A stretch of DNA of 64,000 nucleotides from an uncultured Acidobacteriota bacterium (GTDB lineage Bacteria > Acidobacteriota > Blastocatellia > Pyrinomonadales > Pyrinomonadaceae): positions 2,192,305 through 2,256,304 of the forward strand of contig CAWKFJ010000005.1 in the NCBI GenBank assembly GCA_963848875.1, given 5' to 3'. Each line of letters starts with the position of its first letter. Within the stretch, counting starts at the first letter, position 1. The position numbers and the translations under genes are program-made. The notes beneath the pieces were generated by a model that was not told where the DNA came from, ran no database searches, and worked only from the letters and a program-made list of their open reading frames with translations. This document shows, in pieces, positions 8,232 through 17,912 of the stretch.

Positions 8232-9938
8232 TCAATACCTATAGGTCTTCGCTTTGATTCCACTCAGTTCAATGTCGCTTAAATCGGGCGGCCCAGCCGC
8301 CTCCGCCGAGGCAGTAGCGACCGCGACCCCCGCGGGCTCTGCGACCTGCCCGAGGCTTCCGGGTGCGACGACTTCAAGCATCCCCGGCGCGGCCGGCCCG
8401 TGCGTGCCGTCGGAGTTGGTTAACAACAGCGAGCGGTCCCCGAGGGCGGCGTCCTGTGCGACCGCGATTGACAGCAAGTAAAGGCGGGCGTTGGCCGAAA
8501 TCTGCCGCGAGGCCGTCACCCCGACCGTCACGCCCTCGCCGCTAAATTCAATCTGCGCACCTGCGTCTGCGAAAGAGGCGATGAGCGCGACGTTCTCCGT
8601 CGTCTTTCCCTGCTCCGCTTTCGTGACCGCGTTGGAGGTGGTGCGTGCCCTTAACAGATTCAGGTCCTGTAGTTTCTGCGGCGCAGGCAGCGGGTTCGGG
8701 TTCTCATCGACGCAGGGCTGGTGCGGCTCCGGCGGGAAGGCCGGCGACGTAAGCGCCAGGCCGCGCAGCGCTATCTGGAAAGTCTGCGCGATTTGGGCGG
8801 CGAACTGGATGGGGTTCCCTTCGATGGTGATGTCGCTGACGGCGAAGGAGACGCCGGCGTCGATCCAGGACTGCGGCAGCGCGAATCTGGCGTGGAGAAT
8901 GAAGTTCCCGGCGAAGCCCTGGATGGATTCCACGCCGCGGATAACCTGCCAGCAATCCGACGGCTGTGCGCCGGCGGGCAGGTTCGGGTCGGGCGGCAGT
9001 TCGTAAGTACTGAAGTCGGGCGTCTGAATATAGAGGCCGACCGGGTTTTGCAGCGTGGCCTTAGCCTGCCCGCCGAGGATGACGTTATTAACGCTGGCCC
9101 CTATGTGAGGGTCGCTGTTACGGCCGGGCGTTCCGTACCTACTGCACTCAATCAAGGCGCCGGGGTCCGTGACCGGCGAGCCCGGCGGGTCGTCCCGCAA
9201 GAGCGTCGCGGCCGCCGCGAGATAAATCTCGGCCCCGAGCGTGTTCGGCGGGCTGACCAAGTGGACGGCCCCCGTGGTCGCGCCGGCCGAAGGCTGGTTG
9301 TTCCATTTGTTGGTCGGGTCATACGCGGGCAGGCCCGTCGCCCTGTCGATGACCGGGGCGTTATTAGCGTCTAGCAGAAATAGGTCTTCCAACTGCACGG
9401 CCGGGTCCACCAGTTCCCTGTAGAGGGAGAGGACCGTTTCGGGGCTGACGCGCCAGAGCGTGAACCAGTATTCCGGGTTCTCGCAGGTGAAATCGACGCT
9501 GGTAATCCGGCCCGCCGAGTCCAGCGTCGAAATCCACTCGCAGTACTCGTCCTGCCAGCCGCGCGGCCCCTCGGGGCCGTAGGGCTCGCCGTCGACCGGC
9601 GGCGGCGGGCCGAACGTCCCGTCCAGGTGTCGCCCTTCGGCGAACCCCATCTGCTCCAGGAAGGAAGAGTTGTTGAAGTTGCGGAGGATGCGGTTGGGGA
9701 AGGCGACCCAGGAGATGAGCGCGGACGAGGTCGCGGCGGGCGCGTCCGTCTCCAGCGGGTTGAAATAATAGACACGGTCCTGATCGTTCAGAGAGGTCCA
9801 CGGGTCGCCGAGAATGGCCGTCTCGGTCCAGCGGTTAACGCTCTTGCTCCACTCGGCGCGTAGCGCCCGCTCTTTGTCCGGCTCCGCGGGGAGGTCGTTC
9901 TGGTTCGCGGGGGGATCGAATTGACTGAGGATAGGCAT
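8232..9938 (-). CDS. Hypothetical 568-aa protein (no family recognised)
   Basis: Track ORF 8232..10019 trimmed to ATG 9938 (AAGGAG about 7 nt upstream; the upstream gene stops at 9967). No signal peptide. The C-terminal segment is Ig-like (GDRSLLLTNSDGTHGPAAPGMLEVV). Codon usage matches the neighbouring genes. Confidence 0.7.
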   Translation of the reverse strand: MPILSQFDPPANQNDLPAEPDKERALRAEWSKSVNRWTETAILGDPWTSLNDQDRVYYFNPLETDAPAATSSALISWVAFPNRILRNFNNSSFLEQMGFAEGRHLDGTFGPPPPVDGEPYGPEGPRGWQDEYCEWISTLDSAGRITSVDFTCENPEYWFTLWRVSPETVLSLYRELVDPAVQLEDLFLLDANNAPVIDRATGLPAYDPTNKWNNQPSAGATTGAVHLVSPPNTLGAEIYLAAAATLLRDDPPGSPVTDPGALIECSRYGTPGRNSDPHIGASVNNVILGGQAKATLQNPVGLYIQTPDFSTYELPPDPNLPAGAQPSDCWQVIRGVESIQGFAGNFILHARFALPQSWIDAGVSFAVSDITIEGNPIQFAAQIAQTFQIALRGLALTSPAFPPEPHQPCVDENPNPLPAPQKLQDLNLLRARTTSNAVTKAEQGKTTENVALIASFADAGAQIEFSGEGVTVGVTASRQISANARLYLLSIAVAQDAALGDRSLLLTNSDGTHGPAAPGMLEVVAPGSLGQVAEPAGVAVATASAEAAGPPDLSDIELSGIKAKTYRY

Positions 9939-9966
9939 GTCGTGCTCCTTGTGTGCGGCCGTGCCG

Positions 9967-12063
9967 CTACTGGTTAGAGAAGGATTGATAAAGTTGACTC
10001 TTACAGGGCGCGGGGCCAAAGGGCGCCGGGCACCTGTACGCCGGCTGCGGCCTGAGCGTGCCGTCTGCGTTCATCTGGACGAAGACATTCCCGAGCGAGG
10101 TGCAGGGGAGCTGCAAATCGAATTCGCGCAGGTTGCAGACGAGTGGGTAGTTGGCGTACTGCGTCCGGCGCGAGACGGCGAGCGTCATATAGTCGTCGAC
10201 GCCTTGCGCGCCCGTGAGGCGCGAGCCGACGCTTTGCAAGTAGCTGTTAATTTGGGCCGTGCTTCTGGCGCGCCAGTCGCTCTGGTAGTAGAAGAGGAAC
10301 TGCTGCTCCGCCGTGCAGTTGAAGACTTGGCTGGTGTCGCAAGGGGGCTGATTGCTCGCGGCCTCGCCGACCAGCGCGGCGAATTGGGTCGGCGCGTCTG
10401 CCGGGTCCGGCGCTGTTTTGGCCGCGCCGATGCGCTCAGCGTACTGCATCAAGCTGGCGCGGGTCGGTGAAAATACGGGGTTCTGAAAATCAACCATTAG
10501 GACGGCGGCCACGAACTGCTGGCTCACTACCCTCTGCTGAATCAACTGCTGGATGGTCTTCGTGTCCTCGAAGGCGGGGACCGGCACGTAGAAGGCGAAG
10601 AAGGTGTCGCCGGGCTGTAGGTAATCGGGCTCGCCGTTGCCGGCCGTGTTGACCAGCGCGAAGTGGTTGCTTCTGACGAAAGCGTCGTACTCCGCCCGCG
10701 GGATGTTAAGCGGCGGGACGGCGTAGTTAAGCGCCAGCACGCCGTTGAGGGCGCTGTCGTACAGGAAGAAGTCTTTCGGCAGGGCCGTGACGTCGCCCGC
10801 CGCCTGGGTGCGCGTTTGGCTCGCGGCGAAGTTGACCGTCGTCGTCAGGATTAACCGCCGGAGCAACTCGGGCGCGCCCGACACGTCGCCGCCGCTGACG
10901 GACTTGCTCACCCAGTTGCGCGAGAAGTTGAACTGCGCCCCCTGGAAGAGCACCTGGAACTTATCTGCCCCCTGTAGGCCCGTGAAAAGCGGGTCCTGTG
11001 CGACCGCCTGCGGGACGTTGGCCGAACTGATCGCGCCTTGCGGCGAGTGCCAATTGTTCCAGGGCGGCGTCAGCTCCTTCATGTTTAGAGAGCCGTTGAG
11101 GTGACAGCCGAAACAGCCCTCCCCGGTGGTCTGCTGCCCGCGCGCGTGGGTTGAATCGCCTGCCCAACTCCAGGTCTTCACGTCGTCGCTGGAAGGGGCG
11201 TCGGAGACCTGAGAGTTGTTGACGTACTGGTAGTAGTTGAAAACCTTTTTTTGCGGGTCGAATGAGATGACCTGCAAGAACGGGGCGGGCGTCCCCGCCG
11301 GCTGAACTCCTTCCGGCGCGGCGCTCAAGAAGATGACGGGCGTTTGCCCCGCGGGTCCCCAAGCGATGACGTAACGTAAATCGCGGTTGCCGTCGCGCGG
11401 GGCGATGGAGGCGGGTACCTGGCTCCCTTCCCCTATCATGTAGCTGTTCTGTTGATAGCTGAGGTTCTGGCCCTGGGCGGCGGCGTTAATGGCATTTACT
11501 ATCTCGGTCACGCTGGCCGGCCAGACACCGGAGCCCCCCGCGTTCCGCCGTAAGACGAGCGTCGCCCACGGGTCGTTAAGCTCCGTGCCGATTTCGGCGG
11601 CCGGCATCTGCGTCATGCACCGGTCTATGCCGCGGACGAATCGGTAAATCTGGTCGGCGTTGACCGCCGGGCAAGGCTCTTCCTCTTCATCCTCCGGGCG
11701 CGCGTTGGCACTCACCGCGCGCGGGACGACCCTGCTCCTGCGGCTATATCTGTTATAGCGGACGCTGCTCACACGCAAAGCGTCCCCCCTGTAGGTGTAA
11801 AGCAGGGCGGCCACGGCCGCGAGTTCGACCAGGACCAGGGCCAGCCCTATTTTGTGTTTCGCGGTGAGTCGGGGGTAGCGTTTCGGGTGAGTCTCGTTGA
11901 CGTACCCGTTGTAGCGCCGTGCGGGTTCCGGGGTCTCATCCGTATAGATGTCGGGGAAGACCGGGAGCGGTCTCTCCTCGTCGGCCGCCCCGTCGTCCCA
12001 AAGATTCCGGGCGCGCGAGAAGTCTTTATTTTCACCTCGCTCATCGAATTGCGTGGGTTTCAT
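9967..12063 (-). CDS. Membrane-anchored hypothetical protein with a single CxxCH (haem-c type) motif
   Basis: Track ORF trimmed to ATG 12063 (GGGAGCAGG upstream). 698 aa. One TM helix (IGLALVLVELAAVAALLY) follows an N-terminal tail of about 75 aa. The large C-terminal domain contains GEGCFGCHLNG. Confidence 0.7.
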   Translation of the reverse strand: MKPTQFDERGENKDFSRARNLWDDGAADEERPLPVFPDIYTDETPEPARRYNGYVNETHPKRYPRLTAKHKIGLALVLVELAAVAALLYTYRGDALRVSSVRYNRYSRRSRVVPRAVSANARPEDEEEEPCPAVNADQIYRFVRGIDRCMTQMPAAEIGTELNDPWATLVLRRNAGGSGVWPASVTEIVNAINAAAQGQNLSYQQNSYMIGEGSQVPASIAPRDGNRDLRYVIAWGPAGQTPVIFLSAAPEGVQPAGTPAPFLQVISFDPQKKVFNYYQYVNNSQVSDAPSSDDVKTWSWAGDSTHARGQQTTGEGCFGCHLNGSLNMKELTPPWNNWHSPQGAISSANVPQAVAQDPLFTGLQGADKFQVLFQGAQFNFSRNWVSKSVSGGDVSGAPELLRRLILTTTVNFAASQTRTQAAGDVTALPKDFFLYDSALNGVLALNYAVPPLNIPRAEYDAFVRSNHFALVNTAGNGEPDYLQPGDTFFAFYVPVPAFEDTKTIQQLIQQRVVSQQFVAAVLMVDFQNPVFSPTRASLMQYAERIGAAKTAPDPADAPTQFAALVGEAASNQPPCDTSQVFNCTAEQQFLFYYQSDWRARSTAQINSYLQSVGSRLTGAQGVDDYMTLAVSRRTQYANYPLVCNLREFDLQLPCTSLGNVFVQMNADGTLRPQPAYRCPAPFGPAPCKSQLYQSFSNQ

Positions 12064-12444
12064 AATCCTGCTCCCTAGCGTCTGCTTTCGCCCGCACATC
12101 ACGCCCCGCGGCGGCGAATTTATCAACACTCACAAGAAGACCTCTGCATTGATGCGGAGGATGAATTGTGTCCACCGCGCAAATGCTTTCAAATTTGCGC
12201 CTCAACTTGTGTTATCCTCACTCTCAAATACGACAGGTTTTGTCTGATGAGTTGCAAAGACTGTCAGAGTCACCTGTGCGGCTCTTTGAAACTCTAGCTA
12301 GGCGGTTGTTCAGGGGAGTCCTGAACGTAAAAGTTAGAACACTTAAGTAGAGAACCAAATAAGATAGTGCAGTTTGGTTGTGGATGAGCAACCATTGGTG
12401 AAAATCCATAGAAGCTCCTTTCTTTAGAAAGGGGAGTCATCACT

Positions 12445-13617
12445 CTAAGAGAATCTAGAACGAGAAGCCGCCGACATTCCGGGGGCCGCCCCTTCTGAAA
12501 GGGCCATGTTGCGCCGCCGCCAAAAGGGTGACTCCGGCCAGCGAATCTCTTGCGCGTAATAGCCCGCGCGTAGTGCCACGTACTGAGAGAACGTTTCTCT
12601 GGTCTCTGCGAAGAACCTCTGAAGGGCCGACTGGTCTCCGCCCGCAAACTGCTCGTAGGCGTCGGCCAAATCAAGACCGCTTTCCAGGGCCTTGCAAACC
12701 CCCTGGGACGAAAGCGGGTCCCACGCCATCGCGGCGTCCCCGACGGCGGCCCAGCAGTTGCCCCCGAGTTCCCCGGAAATAAAACTCGAAGCGGAGGCGA
12801 CTCTCAACACGCCGGCCGGGAAATTATTCGCCGCCCTCTTCACTCTCTCGGCGGTCGCCGCGGCACTGTCGAGCGCGTCGCGCCAGACGGCTACAGCCGA
12901 AACGCCCGTGACGAAATCCGCGTCCGTCATAAAGATTGCGACGAGCCCGCCCCGAGGCATGGGGGCCGAGTACCACCAGCCCAGCTCCGTGGCCTCTATG
13001 AGCGTCCTCAGGTTGGAGGCGTCGCCGGCCTGCCCGACGTTACAGGCCAACCCCACGAGGCGGTCAAGGACGAGACCGCGGGCGCGGGAGAGGGCGCGGC
13101 GCACGGCCCCGGCGCGCCCCGTGGCATCAATGATGAAGCTTGCGCAGAGTGTCCCGGCCCCGGCGGCCAACCGCACCCGCACCTCGCCAGTGTCTTCCTC
13201 GGCGCAGGACTGCATCCGCGCCCCGCGCAGAATGCGTACGCCCCGCCGCTCCGCTTCGGCGAGGAGAGAGGCGTCGAACCGCTCGCGGTCCAGGCTCCAG
13301 CCGCACCCGTGCGGGTTAAAAAGAAAATCATTCTCATTGGCAGCCCGCGACCCCCAGTAAGAGGTAATCCCTGTCGAGGGCAGATGCCGGCCGGCGGTGA
13401 ACGCCTCCCACACGCCGAGGCGCTGGAGGACGCGGCGGCCATGCGGCGGCAAGGTCTCTCCTAATTTGACGCGCGGCGCGTTCCTGGCGGGCCGGTCCAA
13501 GAGGACGACCGCGAAGCCTTTGTCCGCGAGACGAATTGCGGCGGCGGACCCGGCCGGGCCGCCCCCGACGACGACCACATCACATCTGCCCGTGACGGGC
13601 TCACCGGTGTCGAGCAT
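12445..13617 (-). CDS. FAD-dependent oxidoreductase, LodB/GoxB-like partner of the LodA-family oxidase
   Basis: Trimmed to ATG 13617, 1 nt after the upstream stop at 13619-13621. The N-terminal Rossmann motif is DVVVVGGGPAGSAAAIRLADKGFAVVLLDR. Sitting immediately downstream of a LodA-like gene is the classical lodAB arrangement. Confidence 0.75.
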   Translation of the reverse strand: MLDTGEPVTGRCDVVVVGGGPAGSAAAIRLADKGFAVVLLDRPARNAPRVKLGETLPPHGRRVLQRLGVWEAFTAGRHLPSTGITSYWGSRAANENDFLFNPHGCGWSLDRERFDASLLAEAERRGVRILRGARMQSCAEEDTGEVRVRLAAGAGTLCASFIIDATGRAGAVRRALSRARGLVLDRLVGLACNVGQAGDASNLRTLIEATELGWWYSAPMPRGGLVAIFMTDADFVTGVSAVAVWRDALDSAAATAERVKRAANNFPAGVLRVASASSFISGELGGNCWAAVGDAAMAWDPLSSQGVCKALESGLDLADAYEQFAGGDQSALQRFFAETRETFSQYVALRAGYYAQEIRWPESPFWRRRNMALSEGAAPGMSAASRSRFS

Positions 13618-13618
13618 C

Positions 13619-15122
13619 TTAATGGGGAGGGAGCTTCCGCTCGCGTTCGACGAAGACGGTCGCCCCGGCCTGATTCGTCTCCTGGACGACGACCCCGAGC
13701 TTCCCATAATTTTTGATGAGGCCGCTGTTGCCGCTCGCCCCTGTGATCGGCTCCACCCACCGCTTCATTTGCGGCTCACTACCGACTTTGTTCGGGTCGG
13801 TGAAGACTTTGTCCGGGCGTTGGGCGGGCCACCAAGCGAGCGAGGTGTCAGTTTTGCACGCCATGAAATCGGCCTGCCACGGCACCGCGTTCCCCTCCGT
13901 GAGAATCCCCGGCTTGAGCGCCGACGCGTCTAAGCGAAAAGGTTCGGCGTAGGACTGGGGCGCGGCGATGATAAGCCCGGCCTCTATCCCCGGGAAGAAC
14001 GCGCCGCCGACGCACGCCTGTAGGGAGACGCGGTCGAGCGCTTCGGGGAGCAGCTCCGCGGGGCGCCGGCCCCTGACTGTCGAAATCACCATCGGCCCAC
14101 TGCTGGATGAAACGGTACTGAACGGGCGTCAGCGACAAAGTATCCCCGTCGTTGAAGTCGTCGTTGAGGCGCGGCAGGTGTCCGGCCACGATATCCGGGG
14201 GCGAGCCGGGCCGGCGCAGGGCGGAGAAGAACTTTTGGCGCGTCTGCGCCTCTTGCGCCGGGTCGCCCAGCGCGTCCATCTTGCTGGCGAAGTCGTTCGC
14301 GGAGCCCGGCCCGAACTGTTTGAGGAAAATCTGGTTCGTCCACTGCATCTGCACGAAGCGTTCGAGGATGGGCCGGATGTGGCGCGTGAAGGACGGGCGC
14401 GCGGGGGCGGCGAGGAAACCTCTATCCACGGCCGCCTGAAACGCCACGTCGTACCACGTGACGATGTTCTGAATCCCCGGCGCGTAATCCGGCGGCGCGG
14501 TGACGACCCAGGCGGGCTTCGCCTTATGCACGATCCCGCCCAGGGTCACGCTGGCCTCAACTATTCCGTCCGCGATGTCGTCAAACCAGTCGGGGTTATC
14601 GGCGAAGTTGACTATGCCCGCCGGCGGCTTTGAGGCGGCGTGCCCACGCGCCGGTATGAAGACGAGTCGGCCGTCATTCCCCATTGTGATCTCCCCAAGG
14701 GGCACGGTCTCGCCCCTGAACTTCCCGTCGTTGAAGGCGGCTCGGGCCGCCGGGGTGTTCAAGGTGCGGGGGCTGGGCTTGATGGCTAGGTTGGGATCGT
14801 CGTCCGAGAGCGCGCCGTTGCGCCGCCCGTTGCCGACGAGCATCGGGCCGCACGCCTTGCGGTTGGCGACCGTGACGCGCCACTCGATCGAGGCGCCGCC
14901 GGGCGTCAACTCCTGTGCGTCGGTCAGCTTGTTGTTGGCGTCTCGTTCGCACTGGAAGACCCGGAAGCGGGCCGCCTGTTTCAGGAGATTCCCGTTCTGG
15001 TCTCGGTAGGAAGCCGGCGGGGCCGCGCCCGGCTCGGGCGCAAGGAAGAAGCCGTCTGCCAACTGGCTGTCGCCCACGCGGGCGATGCCAATTGAAGGGT
15101 GAATTTCAAAGGTGGTCGGCAT
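13619..15122 (-). pseudogene. LodA/GoxA-family CTQ quinoprotein amino-acid oxidase, split by a 1-nt frameshift
   Basis: Two overlapping ORFs (13848..15122 and 13619..14092) lie in different frames, and the span of 1504 nt is not divisible by 3. The N-terminus TFEIHPSIGIARVGDS and the segment QYRFIQQWADGDF are in the first frame. ACVGGAFFPGIEAG, VPWQADFMAC and AWWPAQRPD are in the second. All of these are LodA hallmarks as I recall the Marinomonas protein. The tail of the first frame is Arg/Pro-rich nonsense. Confidence 0.75.
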
Positions 15123-15201
15123 GCAGGGTGTCCTTTCTTCGATGAATAATGGGGCGCGCCGGATTTGGAGCGAGCGGCGCGGGCGGCCGCGAGAGACGAT
15201 G

Positions 15202-16665
15202 TCAGCCGCCCTGCAACTCGTCGCCGATGATTTGACGGCGCTCGTCCACGTCAGCCGTTACACTGTCAAGGATTCCGCCGCCGTCCGAGAAATCCGGCTG
15301 CGCCCTCATCCTTTCGATCAGCCTGTCGCTGGCGTTAAGCAACTCCGAGTAGAGCCGCCAGCGATCCACTTCGCGGTCGGGCAGGGCCAGCGTATACGGA
15401 AGCTCAAAGGGGGCTCCGGCCGCAGCTATCGAGCCGGCGACCCCCTTCTTCAGGGGCAGCGAGGTGAGCTTCGACATCAGGAGAGCGATGTTCGACATCT
15501 CGTTGAAGCACCACTCGACCAGGATGCCGCGCCGGGTCGAGAAGTCCGCCTTCAGGCTCAGGGAGTGCGAAAGACTGACGAGCAGCAGGCGATACCGCAC
15601 GTTACATAATTGAGCCCAGAGCCGCGTGGTCGGGTCGGTGATTCGGCCCGACTCGCGCACCCTCTCCTCGGCCAGCTCCTCCGTCGTGAGCCCCCCTTCG
15701 GGCTCAAGCGTGGTGTTCGGATTTAGGGGGACGGGGCGCGAGGGCCGCCAAGCGACGGGCTGCCCGGCCGCCGGCGAGTCGTCCGGGAACTGCTCGTAGA
15801 TTTCGACGAAGCGGTCGAAGTGGGACGGGGCCGGGCCGCCCTCGTTGGCCAGACCTTCGCCCTGCGCCGCGATGCGCGACAGGGCGTCCACGGCGCCCGG
15901 CTGGTCTGTGATCGGCAGAATGAGGAGGTTGCCGGTGTCCCCTCCCCACTCCTCAGCCGTCCCCTGCCGGTCGTCCGTGTCGGTGTGGAAGGCCGCAGGG
16001 TCGAGCGAGCCCACGAGTGATTCCAACTGTTCGTAAACCAGCCCGACTCGATTCACCATCACATCTTCAGACTTGAGACGCCGCAAGGCGTCGGCCACGA
16101 CCTGCTCTTTGCCGGCCGGGATTTGTTCGGGCATTTCGGCGGCGACGTACTTGGCCAAAGAGGTTTTTGTCAGCGGCTCAAGGATGAAGTGGAACGGGTA
16201 GAGGTCTGAGCGGAACGGGAAATCCTCGCGCTCGAAGTTCAGAGGGCCGCCGAGAATCCGCAGGAGGTTCTGGATGGTCAGCAGGTGCGCCATCTCCTCT
16301 TTAGCTATCTGGAATATCTTCCCGAACCACGCGAGCGTCAGTTGGCCTGCGTCGGCGGGGATGTTGGTTCCGGTGAGCTTGGAGGCGACCAGTTCGAGGG
16401 AGAAAGCCGTGTAAAGGTACTGAACCATCAGGGCGTGCTCTATTTCGGCGGCCGACTGTAGCAGGAAGACGGCCTGGTCCAGAGCGGTCAGCTCGCCCGC
16501 CTCCTCGGCGGCTCCCAGGGCGGCGGCCGAGGCCACTTCCGTCATGGGCTTGAACGACGAGCGCCGCTTCGTGAACGAGGGGAGATCGAGAGTTTCGAGC
16601 GGCAGCGTGACGAAACGGCTGGACTGTGTGCGGCGCCCGATTGTTTGAAGGAGTCGTCTGTTCAT
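15202..16665 (-). CDS. Ferritin-like (di-iron four-helix-bundle) domain protein
   Basis: 487 aa. LLQSAAEIEHALMVQYLYTAFSL and IAKEEMAHLLTIQNLL give paired ExxH motifs typical of the Ferritin-like family. Shine-Dalgarno-like GGTGAGAGG precedes the ATG. Confidence 0.7.
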   Translation of the reverse strand: MNRRLLQTIGRRTQSSRFVTLPLETLDLPSFTKRRSSFKPMTEVASAAALGAAEEAGELTALDQAVFLLQSAAEIEHALMVQYLYTAFSLELVASKLTGTNIPADAGQLTLAWFGKIFQIAKEEMAHLLTIQNLLRILGGPLNFEREDFPFRSDLYPFHFILEPLTKTSLAKYVAAEMPEQIPAGKEQVVADALRRLKSEDVMVNRVGLVYEQLESLVGSLDPAAFHTDTDDRQGTAEEWGGDTGNLLILPITDQPGAVDALSRIAAQGEGLANEGGPAPSHFDRFVEIYEQFPDDSPAAGQPVAWRPSRPVPLNPNTTLEPEGGLTTEELAEERVRESGRITDPTTRLWAQLCNVRYRLLLVSLSHSLSLKADFSTRRGILVEWCFNEMSNIALLMSKLTSLPLKKGVAGSIAAAGAPFELPYTLALPDREVDRWRLYSELLNASDRLIERMRAQPDFSDGGGILDSVTADVDERRQIIGDELQGG

Positions 16666-16723
16666 AACCTCTCACCTGAAGCTTGTCATTAGCGAGCTGG
16701 CCGGGGCCCGGCCGGCTCCCGGC

Positions 16724-17830
16724 CTAACCTTCGACGTGCCCGTGTTCATGCCCATCGCCTTCGTGCTCGTGCCCGTGGGCTCCGTGCTCGTGGTCGTCCT
16801 GCTGCTTGTGCGTCACGAACATGTAAGCCAGTATCCCGAACAGCATCGGCCAGGAAAACTTCAGCGGCTCCAGCAGAGGGATAAATCTGGCCGCCAGCCA
16901 GGTCAGCCCCGTCAAGATGAAGAGAAAGGCCATGATGGCGTGCTGGCGGTTGATCAAGCCGCTCGTGCCGTGGTGATGCCCGTAGAAGATGATGCCGGCG
17001 GCGATTAACCCCGCGGGCGGCGGCGCCGCTTCCTGACGACGTTCCTCCAGGCGGACCCCCGTGACCTTATTATCCTTGATTACGGCGCTCTGTAGCGCCG
17101 TCGATAAAGAAAACCTTGCGCCCTGCCGCTCGATCTTCGCGGCTATCGGCTCGAAGATCACTTCGGCGGGCAGTCCCTTCGGCCAGCGGGAGATGATCGA
17201 GTGCTGGTCGCGCAAGACGTAGAACTGTAGGCCGCTCAGGCCGCAGGCGGCCGACACCCTGTCGGGCGTAGTGAAGTCGAAAGAGAGGATGAAAGGTTCG
17301 AGCAGCAGCTTCTGGATTTTAGGCGAGACCCCGGTGGCATCCATCAGTTGCTGGAACGAGAACCCATCGTAGCGTTGGTAATCGTAGTCGGGGTTGAAAG
17401 CCATGGCGTGAATGCCGAAGCGTATCGTCCTGACGAGGTCGCCAAAAGAGAGAAAGCTCGAACGCAAAATCTGGAGGACGAAAAATAGCGGGCTCGGCAA
17501 ATCCCAGGAGAGGGTCTGCAACGGCTGGCGCTTACCGTCTGGCGTCAACAACACAGAACCCTCGGCCTGCTTGAAGACGTTGGCAGACATCACGTCGGAC
17601 CAGCGCAGCAGCCTGTCAAAGTTGAGATAGTTCATCCACCAGCCGTGGACGCCGTGCTCAAGACTCCGCCCGCTCTCTTTGTGGCTGTTGACCTTCCCCC
17701 CTAGCAGTCCCGAGCGCTCAACGACACGGACGGGAACCCCGCTGCGGGTCAATGCCATCGCGGCCGCTAGGCCTGCCGGGCCGGTCCCGACGACGACCAC
17801 CGGGGATGAAGTACCTGTTGGGTCTGCCAT
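16724..17830 (-). CDS. NAD(P)/FAD-binding oxidoreductase N-half fused to a 3-TM segment and a His-rich tail
   Basis: 368 aa. VVVVGTGPAGLAAAMALTRSGVPVRVVERSGLLGGKV is an amine-oxidase/desaturase-type dinucleotide fold. The C-terminus has hydrophobic helices (IIFYGHHHG..., AIMAFLFILTGLTWLAARF, MLFGILAYMFV) followed by HEHGAHGHEHEGDGHEHGHVEG. Confidence 0.7.
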   Translation of the reverse strand: MADPTGTSSPVVVVGTGPAGLAAAMALTRSGVPVRVVERSGLLGGKVNSHKESGRSLEHGVHGWWMNYLNFDRLLRWSDVMSANVFKQAEGSVLLTPDGKRQPLQTLSWDLPSPLFFVLQILRSSFLSFGDLVRTIRFGIHAMAFNPDYDYQRYDGFSFQQLMDATGVSPKIQKLLLEPFILSFDFTTPDRVSAACGLSGLQFYVLRDQHSIISRWPKGLPAEVIFEPIAAKIERQGARFSLSTALQSAVIKDNKVTGVRLEERRQEAAPPPAGLIAAGIIFYGHHHGTSGLINRQHAIMAFLFILTGLTWLAARFIPLLEPLKFSWPMLFGILAYMFVTHKQQDDHEHGAHGHEHEGDGHEHGHVEG

Positions 17831-17912
17831 CTATCCTAATAATTTTCCTCTTCCGTGGAACAGCGTCATGTTGACGGCCGCTCGGCGCGGCCGGGCGCTT
17901 ACCCTCAGCCTC

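Noticed and set aside
12177-12200. The palindrome GCGCAAAT-N8-ATTTGCGC upstream of the 698-aa gene, considered as an operator site.
   Set aside because: It is a single short AT-containing inverted repeat in an AT-rich spacer. With no candidate regulator nearby and no second copy, this is too weak to call.
14040-14092. Programmed ribosomal frameshifting in the LodA-like gene.
   Set aside because: There is no slippery heptamer or downstream structure that I can identify. The shift lies in a plain G/C run, so an indel (a mutation or an assembly error) is the simpler explanation.
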